Assembly: GCA_964016885.1 (NCBI GenBank)
Contig: OZ024743.1
Span: 287,308,001-287,372,000, forward strand
DNA: 64,000 nt
DNA from: Eledone cirrhosa
Lineage: Eukaryota
Direction: 5' to 3'
This document shows positions 39,088-52,200 of this stretch, in pieces. Every line of letters starts with the position of its first letter. Positions within the stretch are counted from its first letter, which is position 1. A program made the position numbers and the translations under genes. The notes under the pieces were generated by a model. It saw nothing but the letters and a program-made list of their open reading frames with translations, did not search any database and was not told the DNA's origin.

Positions 39088-42000
39088 ATGTTAATGTGCA
39101 GGTATGACATAGCATGGATGCACTGATGAACTGAGAGAGAAGCTGCATATAAGAGGAATCAGATGTAGTGTGCAACAGAGGAGATTGTGATGGCGTGGAT
39201 ATGTGATGCACATGGATAATGATCACTGAATGAAGAACTGCCAAGAAATCCAAGTGATAATAGGGGAAGACCAAAGTAGACCTGGGCCGAGGTGGTGAGA
39301 GCTGATCTCAAATCGATGAGGCTCACAGAGGAGATGATGAAGCAGTGCAAGAAAGACTTGTCCAACCCATGCTAGCATAGAAGAGTGGATGTAAAATGGT
39401 GATGATAATGTAAGTAATGTAGTGAAAAAGTACTCAATACTACTAGGTAGAGTAGAATAATATTTATTCAAAGCTATTTATATTTATCATCACCGTTTAA
39501 CGTCCATTTTTCCATGCTAGTGTGGCTTAGATAAGTTGTCCCATTCTGAGACAAGCCAGATCAGATGACCATATGTTGCTCACACAGGACTGATTTTAGC
39601 TTGATTTCTATGGCTGTATGCCCTTCCTAATGCAAACCACATTTACAGTGTGTACTGGGTGCTTTTTGTTGTGTCACCAACATGACCACTTTACATTGTG
39701 GACTTGGCGCTTTTTGTCATGGCCCCAAAACGACCACATTACAGAGTGGACTGATGGCTGTGGAGGGGGTGACTTATCTGGTGAGAGGTGGGAGAGTTAG
39801 AGTGTTAGGGTGTGGGAGGTGAATGGAATGGGAGGTAGAGTGGTGCATACTAGATGTTTGCCTTAATGCATGTCCCTGGAAAGGCGGGTCTTCTGTATTA
39901 ATGCCAGGAATCTGTCTTGTGTCATCGCCTTTGAGAGGTGCAATTGTATGAGGTCAGCTTTTATCATGTAATCCCAAGTTTTCCTAGGTCTTTCTTCTTC
40001 ATATCTTCCATCAAATTTGAGCGCCCTGCGCCTTTTTATGCAACTGTCATCTTTCATATGCATCACATGCCCATACCGCTGCAATTTTCTCTCCTGCACA
40101 CTGCATCTGATTTCTCTTATGCCCAATTTCTCTCTCAGTTCATTTGCACTTCGCCATTCATGTATATTACTATTACACATCCATCAGAGCATGCAAGCTT
40201 CGTTTCTTTCCAATCTATGCAGGTTCTCTGCACACAGTGCCCATGTTTCAGTCATGCAGCATTACAGTTCGTATACACGCCTCATACAATCTGCCCTTCA
40301 TTTTGAGAAAAAAGTAGTAGTAGCATCCTGAAAATATGTAGTAAATAATTCACGTGGTCGCGGTCAGAGTTTCATAGGCATTATCAACGCTTGACTTGAA
40401 AAGTGGCTTTCATTGGACGAACTTAGTCATGTGATGAAAATTGTTGTATACTGCTAACAAAAATAGGTATTAAATTGCAAAGGATGTAGTAAGATGTAAG
40501 GGAAGCAACTCTGCAGAAAAAGTCAACTTGTTAAGCAAGGGAGTTGACTCTTCAATTTTCTTTGGTATTATTTAAGAGACACCATACTCTGTTTCAGGAT
40601 ATGCCGTTTTTAGTACAGGCAGAGTCCACAGTTATATAATCCACTGCAGTATGGGGAGGCAGTGATATTTTTGGTTTCTAAGGTTCCAAATGAAATGGGA
40701 CAGAGGAATATAGTTTAATCTGTGTCTGTGCCTAAAGGAATTAAAATGCTGGTTGTAGAGCCCTTCAAAGTCATTAGTGGTAAACCCTGTAAAGTTCCTC
40801 TAGTATAGCTTTACATACCACGGCCTTGGAATAAATATAACTATTTCCTAAAGTATATTGAAAAGTTTGTGATATTTATGTGTGGTTGGAAAGCAGAGTC
40901 TAATAAAAGTTATAAAGTTCCTAGCAATATTTGCAGTCACATCTAAAGTGTGTGTGTTTGTGTGTGTGTGTGTGTGAACCATGCAGTGAACCATGTTACA
41001 TTTTGCCTCCTTAATTTCTTTGCGTTCCAATTGGGTAGAAGATACTTCACATAGACTATCTTCTCCCTATAACCACTCCTGACTAGGATTCTTGCTACAG
41101 TAGGAGAGCTGTCCTGTTGAAAATGCCCCTATCAGAGATTAAGTAGGAAACTCTTTTGCTTGTGCCTGCTACAAGTTTACTAATTATAGCTGGGTGGGTA
41201 TAAAGGTGGAGGTAGGGTAATTGAAGTTCTTATTTATATATTCTGTCTCTTCACTTGAATTCCTGTAAGGTTGTTGTCTATTATGCTGTGTTCCCTTATG
41301 TTTCGTAATATAACAGTTCAACAAATAGATATCAATAAAATAGGCAGGCAATTGAAATAACTTGTAGCGAGTAGTGCCACCTTGCCCGAGAAGAAAAAAC
41401 TAATTGGAGTTACTTCCCGTTGAATTCTAGAAGATTCCTTGAACTTCCGGTCTAGGGATTATAAAGGAGGGAGAAAAGAGACATCTTAGCATATTTGGCG
41501 ACTGGCACTCGGACAGTTCACTCACGAGCGAGTTTGTTAACCTTATTATATCTGTATCGAATTTAATTAATGGTTGGCCTGCAGTGGCGTTTACCAAAGT
41601 AAATAACCCTGTGACCAATTCACTAAAGTGGTGACCCCGACGTGATATGCTGAATCGCTTCTACCTTAGATGGCAAAGGTCGTATGCCTTCTGAATCTAT
41701 AAGATGTCCAAGGAATTCCAGTGAATCTGTACCAAACACACATTTAGCTGGGTTGATTCTGACTTGGAGACGTTGAAATAACTGAGACAGCTGTTGATGA
41801 TGGTGTTCATCCGAATCACTGGCTATCAGGAGATCATCAACGTAAGCAAACATGAAATCCAATCCACGTGTGACTTCATCGATAGTAGCATTAACTATTT
41901 GACTTTGAAAAATTTTGAACTTATTTTGAGCACTATTTTCCTTGCTCCCTTGTACTGTTTTGAATTGTATTGTTCCAGTTACATTTTTCTGCATGTTTAT

Positions 42001-45000
42001 TTTCATACTTTGCTTCTGTTACAAACCATTGTAATTTATGTACCTTTTGTTTTGCTTGCTCCTTATTCTACGGCTCCTCGCTACAATGACCTTACAGTTA
42101 TTATCAACTATCGTCTGGAGGGGAGCCTTGTAGCGACTAGCGCCACCTTGCCCGGGGAGAAAAACCTAATTGGAGTTACTTCCCGTTGAATTATAGAAGA
42201 TTCCTTGAACTTCCGGTCTAGGGATTATAAAGGAGGGAGAAAAGAGACATCTTAGCTTATTTGGCGACTGGCTCTCGGACAGTTCACTCACGAGCGAGTT
42301 TGTTAACCTTATTATATCTGTATCAAATTTAATTAGTGGTTGGCCTGCAATGGTGTTTACCAAAGTAAATAACCCTGTGACCAATTCACTAAAAACTACT
42401 GGATCAATATAACTGACTAAGCCATTGAAGGTGGTGCCTCAGCATGGCTCCAGTCTGTTGACTGAAATTAGTAAATGAACAAAAGAATATCTTAACACAT
42501 ATATAGGAAACACATTGATATAAAAAAATGAGCCTACATCTACCAAGAAATTTATTGTAGTTTACTGAAATTTCTAGTAACACTATGATCATCATCATTC
42601 TCTGCCATTATCTATCCATGGCAATGTGAAGATCACCTAAGCTGATACCAATTCTTTCTATCCTGTGTCATTCTCATCCATAAACTTATTGATCTTGTCT
42701 CTTCATCTCACATGTGTCTATCGATTATGTGAATCTCTCCCACCGCGGTTTCAATTCTATATATAACTTTGCCCATCTTTATGCTACATGCCCTACCCAC
42801 TTCTATTTTCAAATAATGGTTCCTCTATTGGTTTCAACAATGAGCATTTGGTTGTTTGAATAACTGAGTGATTAACTTGAGAATTAACATATAAGTGGTT
42901 GACTATTCCACAGACATGTGTAATTAAAGTAATTTCTAAGCCAAATCAACATGACACAATATGTTACAATGCAGATACAATCCATCAAACAAAGCTCTGT
43001 GGGATTTGAACTCAGAATGTAAAAAGCAGTCAAATAGCATAAAGTATTTGTTCAACACTTTAACAATTCTGCCAATCCACTGATTTTGATGTACATATAA
43101 ATAATTGGTTTATAATTTTGGCACTAGGTCTGCAATATTAACAGAGAAGAGAGTTAATTAAAGAGACTCCAGTACTTGTCTGGTACTTTATCTTATTTAG
43201 AAGGATGAAAGGCTTAGTTGACTCCAGCAACATTTGAAATGTAAAAGGCTATAACTAAATGCCATGGCTTCCAATTTTAGTACAATGCCAGGAATTTGTG
43301 GGAAAATGTAAGTCAATTAAATCGAATCTAGTAATTGTTTTTATCAATGTCCTTAAAGGATGAAAGGCAAAGTTGATCTTGATGAGATTTGAACTCAGAA
43401 CATAAAGAGCCATAACTAAATAATGCATAAACACATACACGTACATAATACAACCTCTCATATGCACATACACAGAAATACAAACACATACACATCATTT
43501 CATCATCATTTCATTTTACGCCCGCTTTTTCCCTGCTTGCAAGGGTGGGACGGGAACTGATTCTGGCTTGATTTCTACAGCTGGATGCCCTTCCTAACAC
43601 AACCTCATTTACAGTGAGTGCTGGGTGCTTTTTTGCCGTGGCACCTCCACGACTACTTTGCAGTGGAATGATAGGGACTGGGGTCCCTATCATCTCATTT
43701 CTACAGCTGAGGAAACTGGAGCAATGTGAAATAAAGTGTCTTGCTCAAGGAAACAACACATCACCCGGTCTGAGAATTGAACTCACAACCTTTCGATTGC
43801 AAGGCCAATGCTCTAACCACTAAGCCATGTGCCTCACACAGAGATATAAACATGCCCACTCACATCCATACACACCGATGCACACACATGCATACACAGA
43901 TACACACATGCATATACATACACAAACACATTTAAACAGATGTACACATACACAAACTGACACACACATACACATTTATGCAAATTCACACATACAGATA
44001 CAGACACACACATACATACACAGACATACACACTCACACACAAATGCATCCATACAGTGAACTACAATTCAAAGTGTTTTTTAACTAAGTCTTTTAACCA
44101 TCATTTACCATGTAAGTACAAGTAGTGTTTGATACGAAATGTAAACTTAGTGCACAAAATAAGATTTAGAGCAACAAACACAAAATTAGATTTAGAACTG
44201 CACTAAGATCCAGAATTACACAAGCAGGGCTTACTGCATGCTAAAATGATAATTGCTTAACTTTACTAACCTACACAGTTTATTTCAGATTTTGTCCATG
44301 TCCCATCCGGACATGTAAGTGTTTCGCTGTCTTTGGTTCCTTTATAACCTTCCAAGCAAGTTACCTCTAGAAGTTCTGGATTCAGTTCTTCAACATTTGC
44401 ATTTGTTATGTTGGGTTTTAGACTGCAGTCGAGTGCAGCTGCAAATAGAACAAGACATGTGAAAGAGTATGATTTAGTTGTTTGAGTCTCTAGATTATTA
44501 TTGTAAGATCATGAGTTTTATTTTTGAACCAGGAGGCATGTTGAATTCTTGAGCAAGACACTTTATTTTACATTGCTCCAGTTCATTCAGCTTGCAAATT
44601 ACATTACCTACCATTCAAAGGGCCAGCTTTGTGACACACTGAATCATGCTGAATCTCCCAGAGAACCATTGTAATTAAAGAGACCCCAGTACTTGACTGG
44701 TACTTTATCTTACTCAGAAGGATGAAAGGCAACGTGCACTTTGGCAAGATTTGAACTCAGAACATAAAGGGATGTAACTAAATACTGCATAGACACATAC
44801 ACGCACATACATAATATAAAGTCACATAAAAATACACATGCACACTCACATGCTAGCACACAGATACATACACACACAGACAGACACACATGCATAAACA
44901 CAAGCACACACACATACATATGCACAAATACACACAGGTACACACATCCATAAACACACACACACATTTACACAGATGTTCAGACACGCGCACAGACACA

Positions 45001-48000
45001 CACACACACAATGAACTACAATTCAACGTGTATTTTAAGGAAATTTTGGAACTACTCAAATCGTTGAGCCAGGCGTCACAGCCCAGTGTTTGATATTATT
45101 TGAGTCTGAGAAGCATTCATAATGAGTATTTTAAACATTTTACAAGTGTGTTTAAAGCATGTGTCCTTGTGGTTAGGGCATTGGACTTATGATTTCAATG
45201 TTGTGGGTTTGATTCTTGGGCCAGATGATACAATGTGTTCTTGAGTAAAATACTTCAGTTAACATTGCTCCAATCCACTCAACTGAAAACGAGTACCAGC
45301 AGTAACTGGGAGCTTAACTCTGTGATGGCATATTGTACTCTCAATCATTTAATGCCAATGAAACTGAGATAAGTCTGATGAGCCTCTGGGCTTAGGAGAG
45401 ACTTTAATGTTTTGTTTTTTAACTAAGTCTTTTAACCATCATTTACCATGTAAGCACAAGTAGTGTTTGATACAAAATGTAAACTTAGTGAACAAAATAA
45501 GATTTAGAGCAACAAACACAAAATTAGATTTAGAACTGCACTAAGATCTAGAATTACACAAGCAGGGCTTACTGCATGCTAAAATGATAATTGCTTTCAC
45601 TTTACTAACCTAAACAGTTTATTTCAGATTTTGTCCATGTCCCATCCGGACATGTAAGCGTTTCGTTGTCTTTGGTTCCTTTATAACCTTCCAAGCAAGT
45701 TACCTCTAGAAGTTCTGGATTCAGTTCTTCAACATTTGCATTTGTTATGTTGGGTTTTAGACTGCAGTCGAGTGCAGCTGCAAATAGAACAAGACATGTG
45801 AAAGAGTATGATTTAGTTGTTTGAGTCTCTAGATTATTATTGTAAGATCATGAGTTTTATTTTTGAACCAGGAGGCATGTTGAATTCTTGAGCAAGACAC
45901 TTTATTTTACATTGCTCCAGTTCATTCAGCTTGCAAATTACATTACCTACCATTCAAAGGACCAGCTTTGTGACACACTGAATCATGCTGAATCTCCCAG
46001 AGAACCATTGTAAGAAAGCACGTATCTATGGAATGCTCAGTCACTTGCACTTTAATTTCATGAACAAGCTTTTCCATTGTGCAAATGGCTGGAATACTGA
46101 AGGCAATTCAGCAACAACTAAAATCTGTAAAGTTTCTTTGATATAATGAACAACATAAAAGACATACAGTGACCATCATGTGATTTCATCACATGGTGAA
46201 TATGGTATCATATTCTGGTCTCAATATATGAAAGAAAACTAGTGGCAGTATTGTATAACTGATGAGGAGTATTTCATTAGTTTGTGTTCAGTTAAAGTCC
46301 TGTTGAGGAAATAGCTTGGTGAAAAGATGAAAGACAAAGTTAACTTTGCAAGAATTTAAATTTAGAGTTCAAAGAGCTGGAACATATGCCACTAGGCATT
46401 TTGTTCAGTGCTATAATGACTCTGCTAATTTTCCCCCTACAAATGAAGTAAAACATTAACAACAATGTCTAATGTGTGTTATGTTGTAGAATATCTACAG
46501 GAAAATATACAATAACTATGACGACCCAGCATTAAGTAAACTGAATGTAACTTTATAATTACTACAGTTAACATCCAATAAAGAGAGTACACATGTTTTT
46601 GATGTACATATAATTATTTCTAATTTTGGCACAAAGCCAACAGTTTGAGGCTAGAGGAAAGTCGATTGCATTGATTCCAGTAATTCATATTATTGACTTC
46701 TGAGAGGATGAAAGGCAAAGTTGACCTTAGTGAGATTTGAACTCAGAATGTAAAGAGCAATCACAAATAGCATAGAGTATTTTCCCAACACTTTAACAAT
46801 TCTGCCAATCCACTGATCTTGATATACATATAAATAATTGGTTTATAATTTTGGCACTAGGTCTGATGTTAACAGAGAAGAGAGTTAATTAAAGAGACCC
46901 CAGTACTTGACTGGTAATTTATCTTACTCAGAAGGATGAAAGGCAACGTGCAATTTGGCAAGATTTGAACTCAGAACATAAAGGGATGTAACTAAATACT
47001 GCATAGACACATACACACACATACATAATATATAGTCACATAAAAATACACATGCACACTCACATGCTAGCACACAGATACATACATACACAGACAGACA
47101 CACATGCATAAACACAAGCACACACACATACATATGCACAAATACACACAGGTACACACATCCATAAACACACACACGCATTTACACAGATGTTCAGACA
47201 CGCGCACAGACACACACACACACAATGAACTACAATTCAACGTGTATTTTAAGGAAATTTTGGAACTACTCAAATCGTTGAGCCAGGCGTCACAGCCCAG
47301 TGTTTGATATTATTTGAGTCTGAGAAGCATTCATAATGGGTATTTTAAACATTTTACAAGTGTGTTTAAAGCATGTGTCCTTGTGGTTAGGGCATTGGAC
47401 TTATGATTTCAATGTTGTGGGTTTGATTCTTGGGCCAGATGATACAATGTGTTCTTGAGTAAAATACTTCAGTTAACATTGCTCCAATCCACTCAACTGA
47501 AAATGAGTACCAGCAGTAACTGGGGGCTTAACTCTGTGATGGCATATTGTACTCTCAATCATTTAATGCCAATGAAACTGAGATAAGCCTGATGAGCCTC
47601 TGGGCTTAGGAGAGACTTTAATTTTTTTTTTTAACTAAGTCTTTTAACCATCATTTACCATGTAAGCACAAGTAGTGTTTGATACAAAATGTAAACTTAG
47701 TGAACAAAATAAGATTTAGAGCAACAAACACAAAATTAGATTTAGAACTGCACTAAGATCTAGAATTACACAAGCAGGGCTTACTGCATGCTAAAATGAT
47801 AATAATTGCTTCACTTTACTAACCTACACAGTTTATTTCAGATTTTGTCCATGTTCCATCCAGACATGTAAGCGTTTCGTTGTCTTTGGTTCCTTTATAA
47901 CCTTCCAAGCAAGTTACCTCTAGAAGTTCTGGATTCAGTTCTTCAACATTTGCATTTGTTATGTTGGGTTTTAGACTGCAGTCGATTGCAGCTGTAAATA

Positions 48001-49218
48001 GAATGAGAAATGAGTTTCATATAATGTATTGGAACTTAGAGGGTCATTACAAATGAAGGACAACATAAAACATTTAATGTACCACCACCACCACCAACAT
48101 CTTACCACTTTTCATTTCCTTAATTTCCTCTTTGACCCTACAATTGTCAATCTCAATAGCTGGTCCCTCTGTCGAGTCTACTGGGTGTAGTTTCTCACTC
48201 TCCCATTCATTCTCAACATTCATCAGTCTCTCATAATGACATTTCCAGGCCACCTTTTTCTGAGCATCGGTGACACTAAGTACACCAGCATCATTTCAGA
48301 CACACTTATCTCCAACAACATCCTGATTTACACACTGCCTTGCAATGCAGAACACTGCACATATCTGATCTTCCCGTTGCAGAACATTGGCAAACCTCCT
48401 ACTCTCAGCTTTCCTCCGTGCTAAGTACACCTGATGTCTACCTTCTCTTTTAGCGGATGTGTATCAGTCTCTACTCCCACCATTTTTCCAAACCTTCCAT
48501 GCTAGTCTTTTGTCTTTAATGGCTCTATCTACCGTGCTGTCTCACCACCAGGTCACTCTCTGTCTGGTTGGAGCTCTCTCCAGCCACAAGTTTCTTCAAT
48601 AGCCTGCAGTAAGTTGTCATGTAAGAAATTCCAGTTATCATCTATGTCATACGATTCTAGCTTGTCTTCTTTTTCATCATACACATCTTGAAGGGCTTTC
48701 CTAAATTTATATTTTAGTGAAAGGTATATATATATATATAATATATATGTTAGAATTGGTGCTCTGAAATAGCAATATATATATATGAATGTATATATAG
48801 TGTATTTTGCAATACACTGTATGCTTAATTAAAAGCATTTCGAAGACCTTACGCTATTAATTAAGCATACAGTGTATTGCAAAATACACTATATATACAT
48901 TCATATATATATCGCTATTTCAGAGCACCAATTCTAATTTTCAATTTCTGCTTGACCGGCAACCGCTCTGTATAATCAGTTCCTGATTATTACTAGAATT
49001 CTATAAGAATCAAACATTCATGATTTTCAGCAAACAGGCGGAGTACTTAGCTTTGATAAGCACCAAAAAGTGTGAAACAGAGCTCTGTCAGTTTAATCTC
49101 CCCTGTTTGCTGAAAATTAAAGTAAGTGAGACTGTCACTACTCTAAAAAAATAGCGTAAGGTCTTCGAAATGCTTTTAATTAAGCATACAGTGTATTGCA
49201 AAATACACTATATATACA

Positions 49219-49261
<43 letters not shown>

Positions 49262-52200
49262 GGAAAAAATGAAACGAAATTTCATTTCCCACTCTTAGTA
49301 CGGCTGTTACTTAAATATAAGTATGTACACGTACATACATATATGTATACAGACGTACAGTAGTATGTATATATATACATACATGCACACATATATATAT
49401 GTACGTATGGATTCACCGAACATTTATTATAATGCTCGGTGTGTTTGTAAACAAACATCCCATATTAATCCGTAGTGTCCAGCAACCATCGTTGCTCGTT
49501 TGTTCAACAATGACAAAGGAACGCTGTACTAGTTTCAAGCTTATTAGCTATCATCAGCAATGTATACCTTCCTGCCAGATTGTTGAACGTATATACTTAG
49601 CTTATGCATATCTATATATATATGATGGGCTTTTGCACATTTTCTGTCTCTTTAACTTTAGCATTAGTCAACTCAAGGCTTTAGTAGAAGATACTTAAGT
49701 GGCTGCAAAAGCCATGCCTGCACCTGTATTTAGACCTAAAATGTATGATATTCAAGCAAGAACTTTGTTTTGCTTATCAGATCTACCAACGATAGCAGAA
49801 CAAATTTCTTTGAAATCCAAATCTACCATTTAAAAAAAAGGTAAGTCATATTAGATAATTGTTTCTACTTTTGGCACAAGGCCAGCAATTACCCACTGCA
49901 TTACTGGTACTTTATTTTATCGACCTCCGTAAGGATGAAATGCAAAGTTAACCTCACCGGGATTTGAACTCAGAATGACAAGGGCCATAACTCTATGCGT
50001 CAAAGCATGGTGTCCGACCCTCTACTGATACTGCCAATCCACCGCCATATTAAATAATTGTTTCTACTTTTGGCACAAGGCCAGCAATTACCCAGTGCAT
50101 TACTGGTACTTTATTTTATCGACCCCATAAGGATGAAAGGCAAAGTTAACCTCGGCGGGATTTTAACTCAGATCATAAAGGAGCGTAACTCTATGCTGCA
50201 AAGCATGGCGTCCAACCCTCTCCCGATACTGCCAATCCACCAATAATGCAGTCCTATATGTACTATGTCTGAAAACAAATTTCTGTCTAGCACAACCTAA
50301 CTCTTACATATGGATCTAAAAGGCTATAGCATGTGCCTATGCAGTGGTCACACTCCAACAGGTTGACTAGACTAGGTGAAGTTTTTGAAACCCTTGGTAG
50401 GTTAGGGCCTGTGTGTCTTAGCATATGAAGATCAACTTTGATGAATAGAGTGGATGAGAACAACAGTGGGTCAAAGTTAAAAAAGGCAGTTTCAACCTTG
50501 AGCAATGCTAAGAGCCCAATTGTTTCAACAAAGAGTGTACTTGTTTGATCAATGCAAGAGCCTGCTCATGAAACTAACATGTAAGTGGCAGAGTATTCCA
50601 TAGACCCTCAATGTAATTCTCTTGGAAATTAGAGATGTGTGTATCTAGTTTTAAATAGTTACACTGTATCCTTGCCTGTCATAAGAAGTCACTGAAAGTG
50701 TTGGTGTCAAGAAGGGCATCTGGTTGTAAAACAATGCTTCAAAGAGTCCTGTCCAATCTATACCAGCATGTAAACGATGATGATGATGATTCAGAGTGAC
50801 ACAATGTGTAACAAGGCTGAACCTTTGAATTACATGTATAATACATCCAATGGGATTCTAAACAGATTCTATCAAGCCAATTTCATTCACAATGTCCCAC
50901 CTTTGCAAGCAGGGGAAAAAGCGGACGTAAAATGAAATGAAATGATGATGATGAATGCTTAGGTCGACCCAAGGTGATGATAAACGACACTTGCTTAAGA
51001 TGCCATGCAGTGGGATCAAACCCAGAACCTTATAATTGTGAAACAAACCTCTTAATAATTTTACCATGCTGTGTCCACAACAATGGGTCACTAAAGAAAT
51101 CCTGGTAATGTACTATATCCAGACCTACTTTGACTTTATTTTGCCTCTGGATAAAGCAGACCTGCCTGACAGAGTCAGGATATTGTGCTAGTGGTCAAAA
51201 TGTATAGAAAAAAAGAAAGGGAAATTACGCTGGTTATGTGTGTCAACAATCTCAAGAGAATGTTCTACATAATATATGTATATAGTGGAGATGATCACAT
51301 TTATTGGAAAGTAGTCAGTGATTCTCTTCATCATTAAATTGAGTTTCACACACACATACAAACACACATGAAGTACATGTTTATGTATGTGTGTATGTGT
51401 GTGTATGTATGTGTGTGTATGTATGTGTGTGTGTATGTGTGTGTATGTGTGTATGTATGTATGCATATTTGTGTGTATGTATGGATATATGTATGTATGA
51501 ATGTATGTATGCATATATATATATATATCATCATCATCTTTTAACATCTATTTTTCCTTTAAATGATGATGATAATATGTATGTGTGTTTGTCTGTCTCT
51601 GGAGAATATTTTTGGTATTTTGCCTGCAACATCATAAAAGTCAACTTGGAGTATTTCCATGTATCTATTCAATTCGATTAACTATTTGAGTGTAATTTAT
51701 ATTTCAATGAATTATATATAGAGAGGAGTCTTTGATATATACATGTTCAGAGTCATATATTTGAAGTATTTGAAACATGCCTGTTCATAGTAATATAGAG
51801 AGCAGTGTTTGAAGTATACATGTTCATGTAATGTGTTGTACTATATATGTTATTTGACTAACTGTTCAAATGTTCCAAATAAATTAATAGACTTTGATTA
51901 AAAAAGAAATAATTGGAAGTCAATTCCAACTAGATGGCAAGTTACAGGCAATACAGCTCAGGCAATCACTTATTTTGATGAGAGGTACAAAAGAAAAGGA
52001 AAAAAAGAGAGAATCTGGTGTAATGCTGCTGTTGAAATCAGAAAAGGATCAGTAGAAGATTTAAAAGAATTAAGATTATATCCACTAGAAAAACAAGAAT
52101 GAGGAAGAGAGTTCCATAAGATAGTTGTTTGAAGAAAGAAACTACTGGAGAAGAAACTCCTCTATCATCACCTTGCTGATGATAGAGGAGAGGAGTTAAA

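Larger units (their letters stand above)
41363..42393 (+). mobile_element. 1.03-kb non-autonomous Gypsy-derived LTR element (TRIM-like)
   Basis: 265-bp LTRs at 41363-41627 and 42129-42393 (about 12 differences by eye). TSD AACT at 41359-41362 and 42394-42397. PBS at 41629-41646. PPT GGAGGGGAGCC before the 3' LTR. Confidence 0.92.
44079..47995. repeat. Recent tandem triplication carrying a CCP exon
   Basis: TTTTAACTAAGTCTTTTAACCATC recurs at ~44079, ~45417 and ~47629. Exon spacing is 1339 and 2214 bp, and the shorter unit lacks ~875 bp (46013-46886). Confidence 0.92.
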
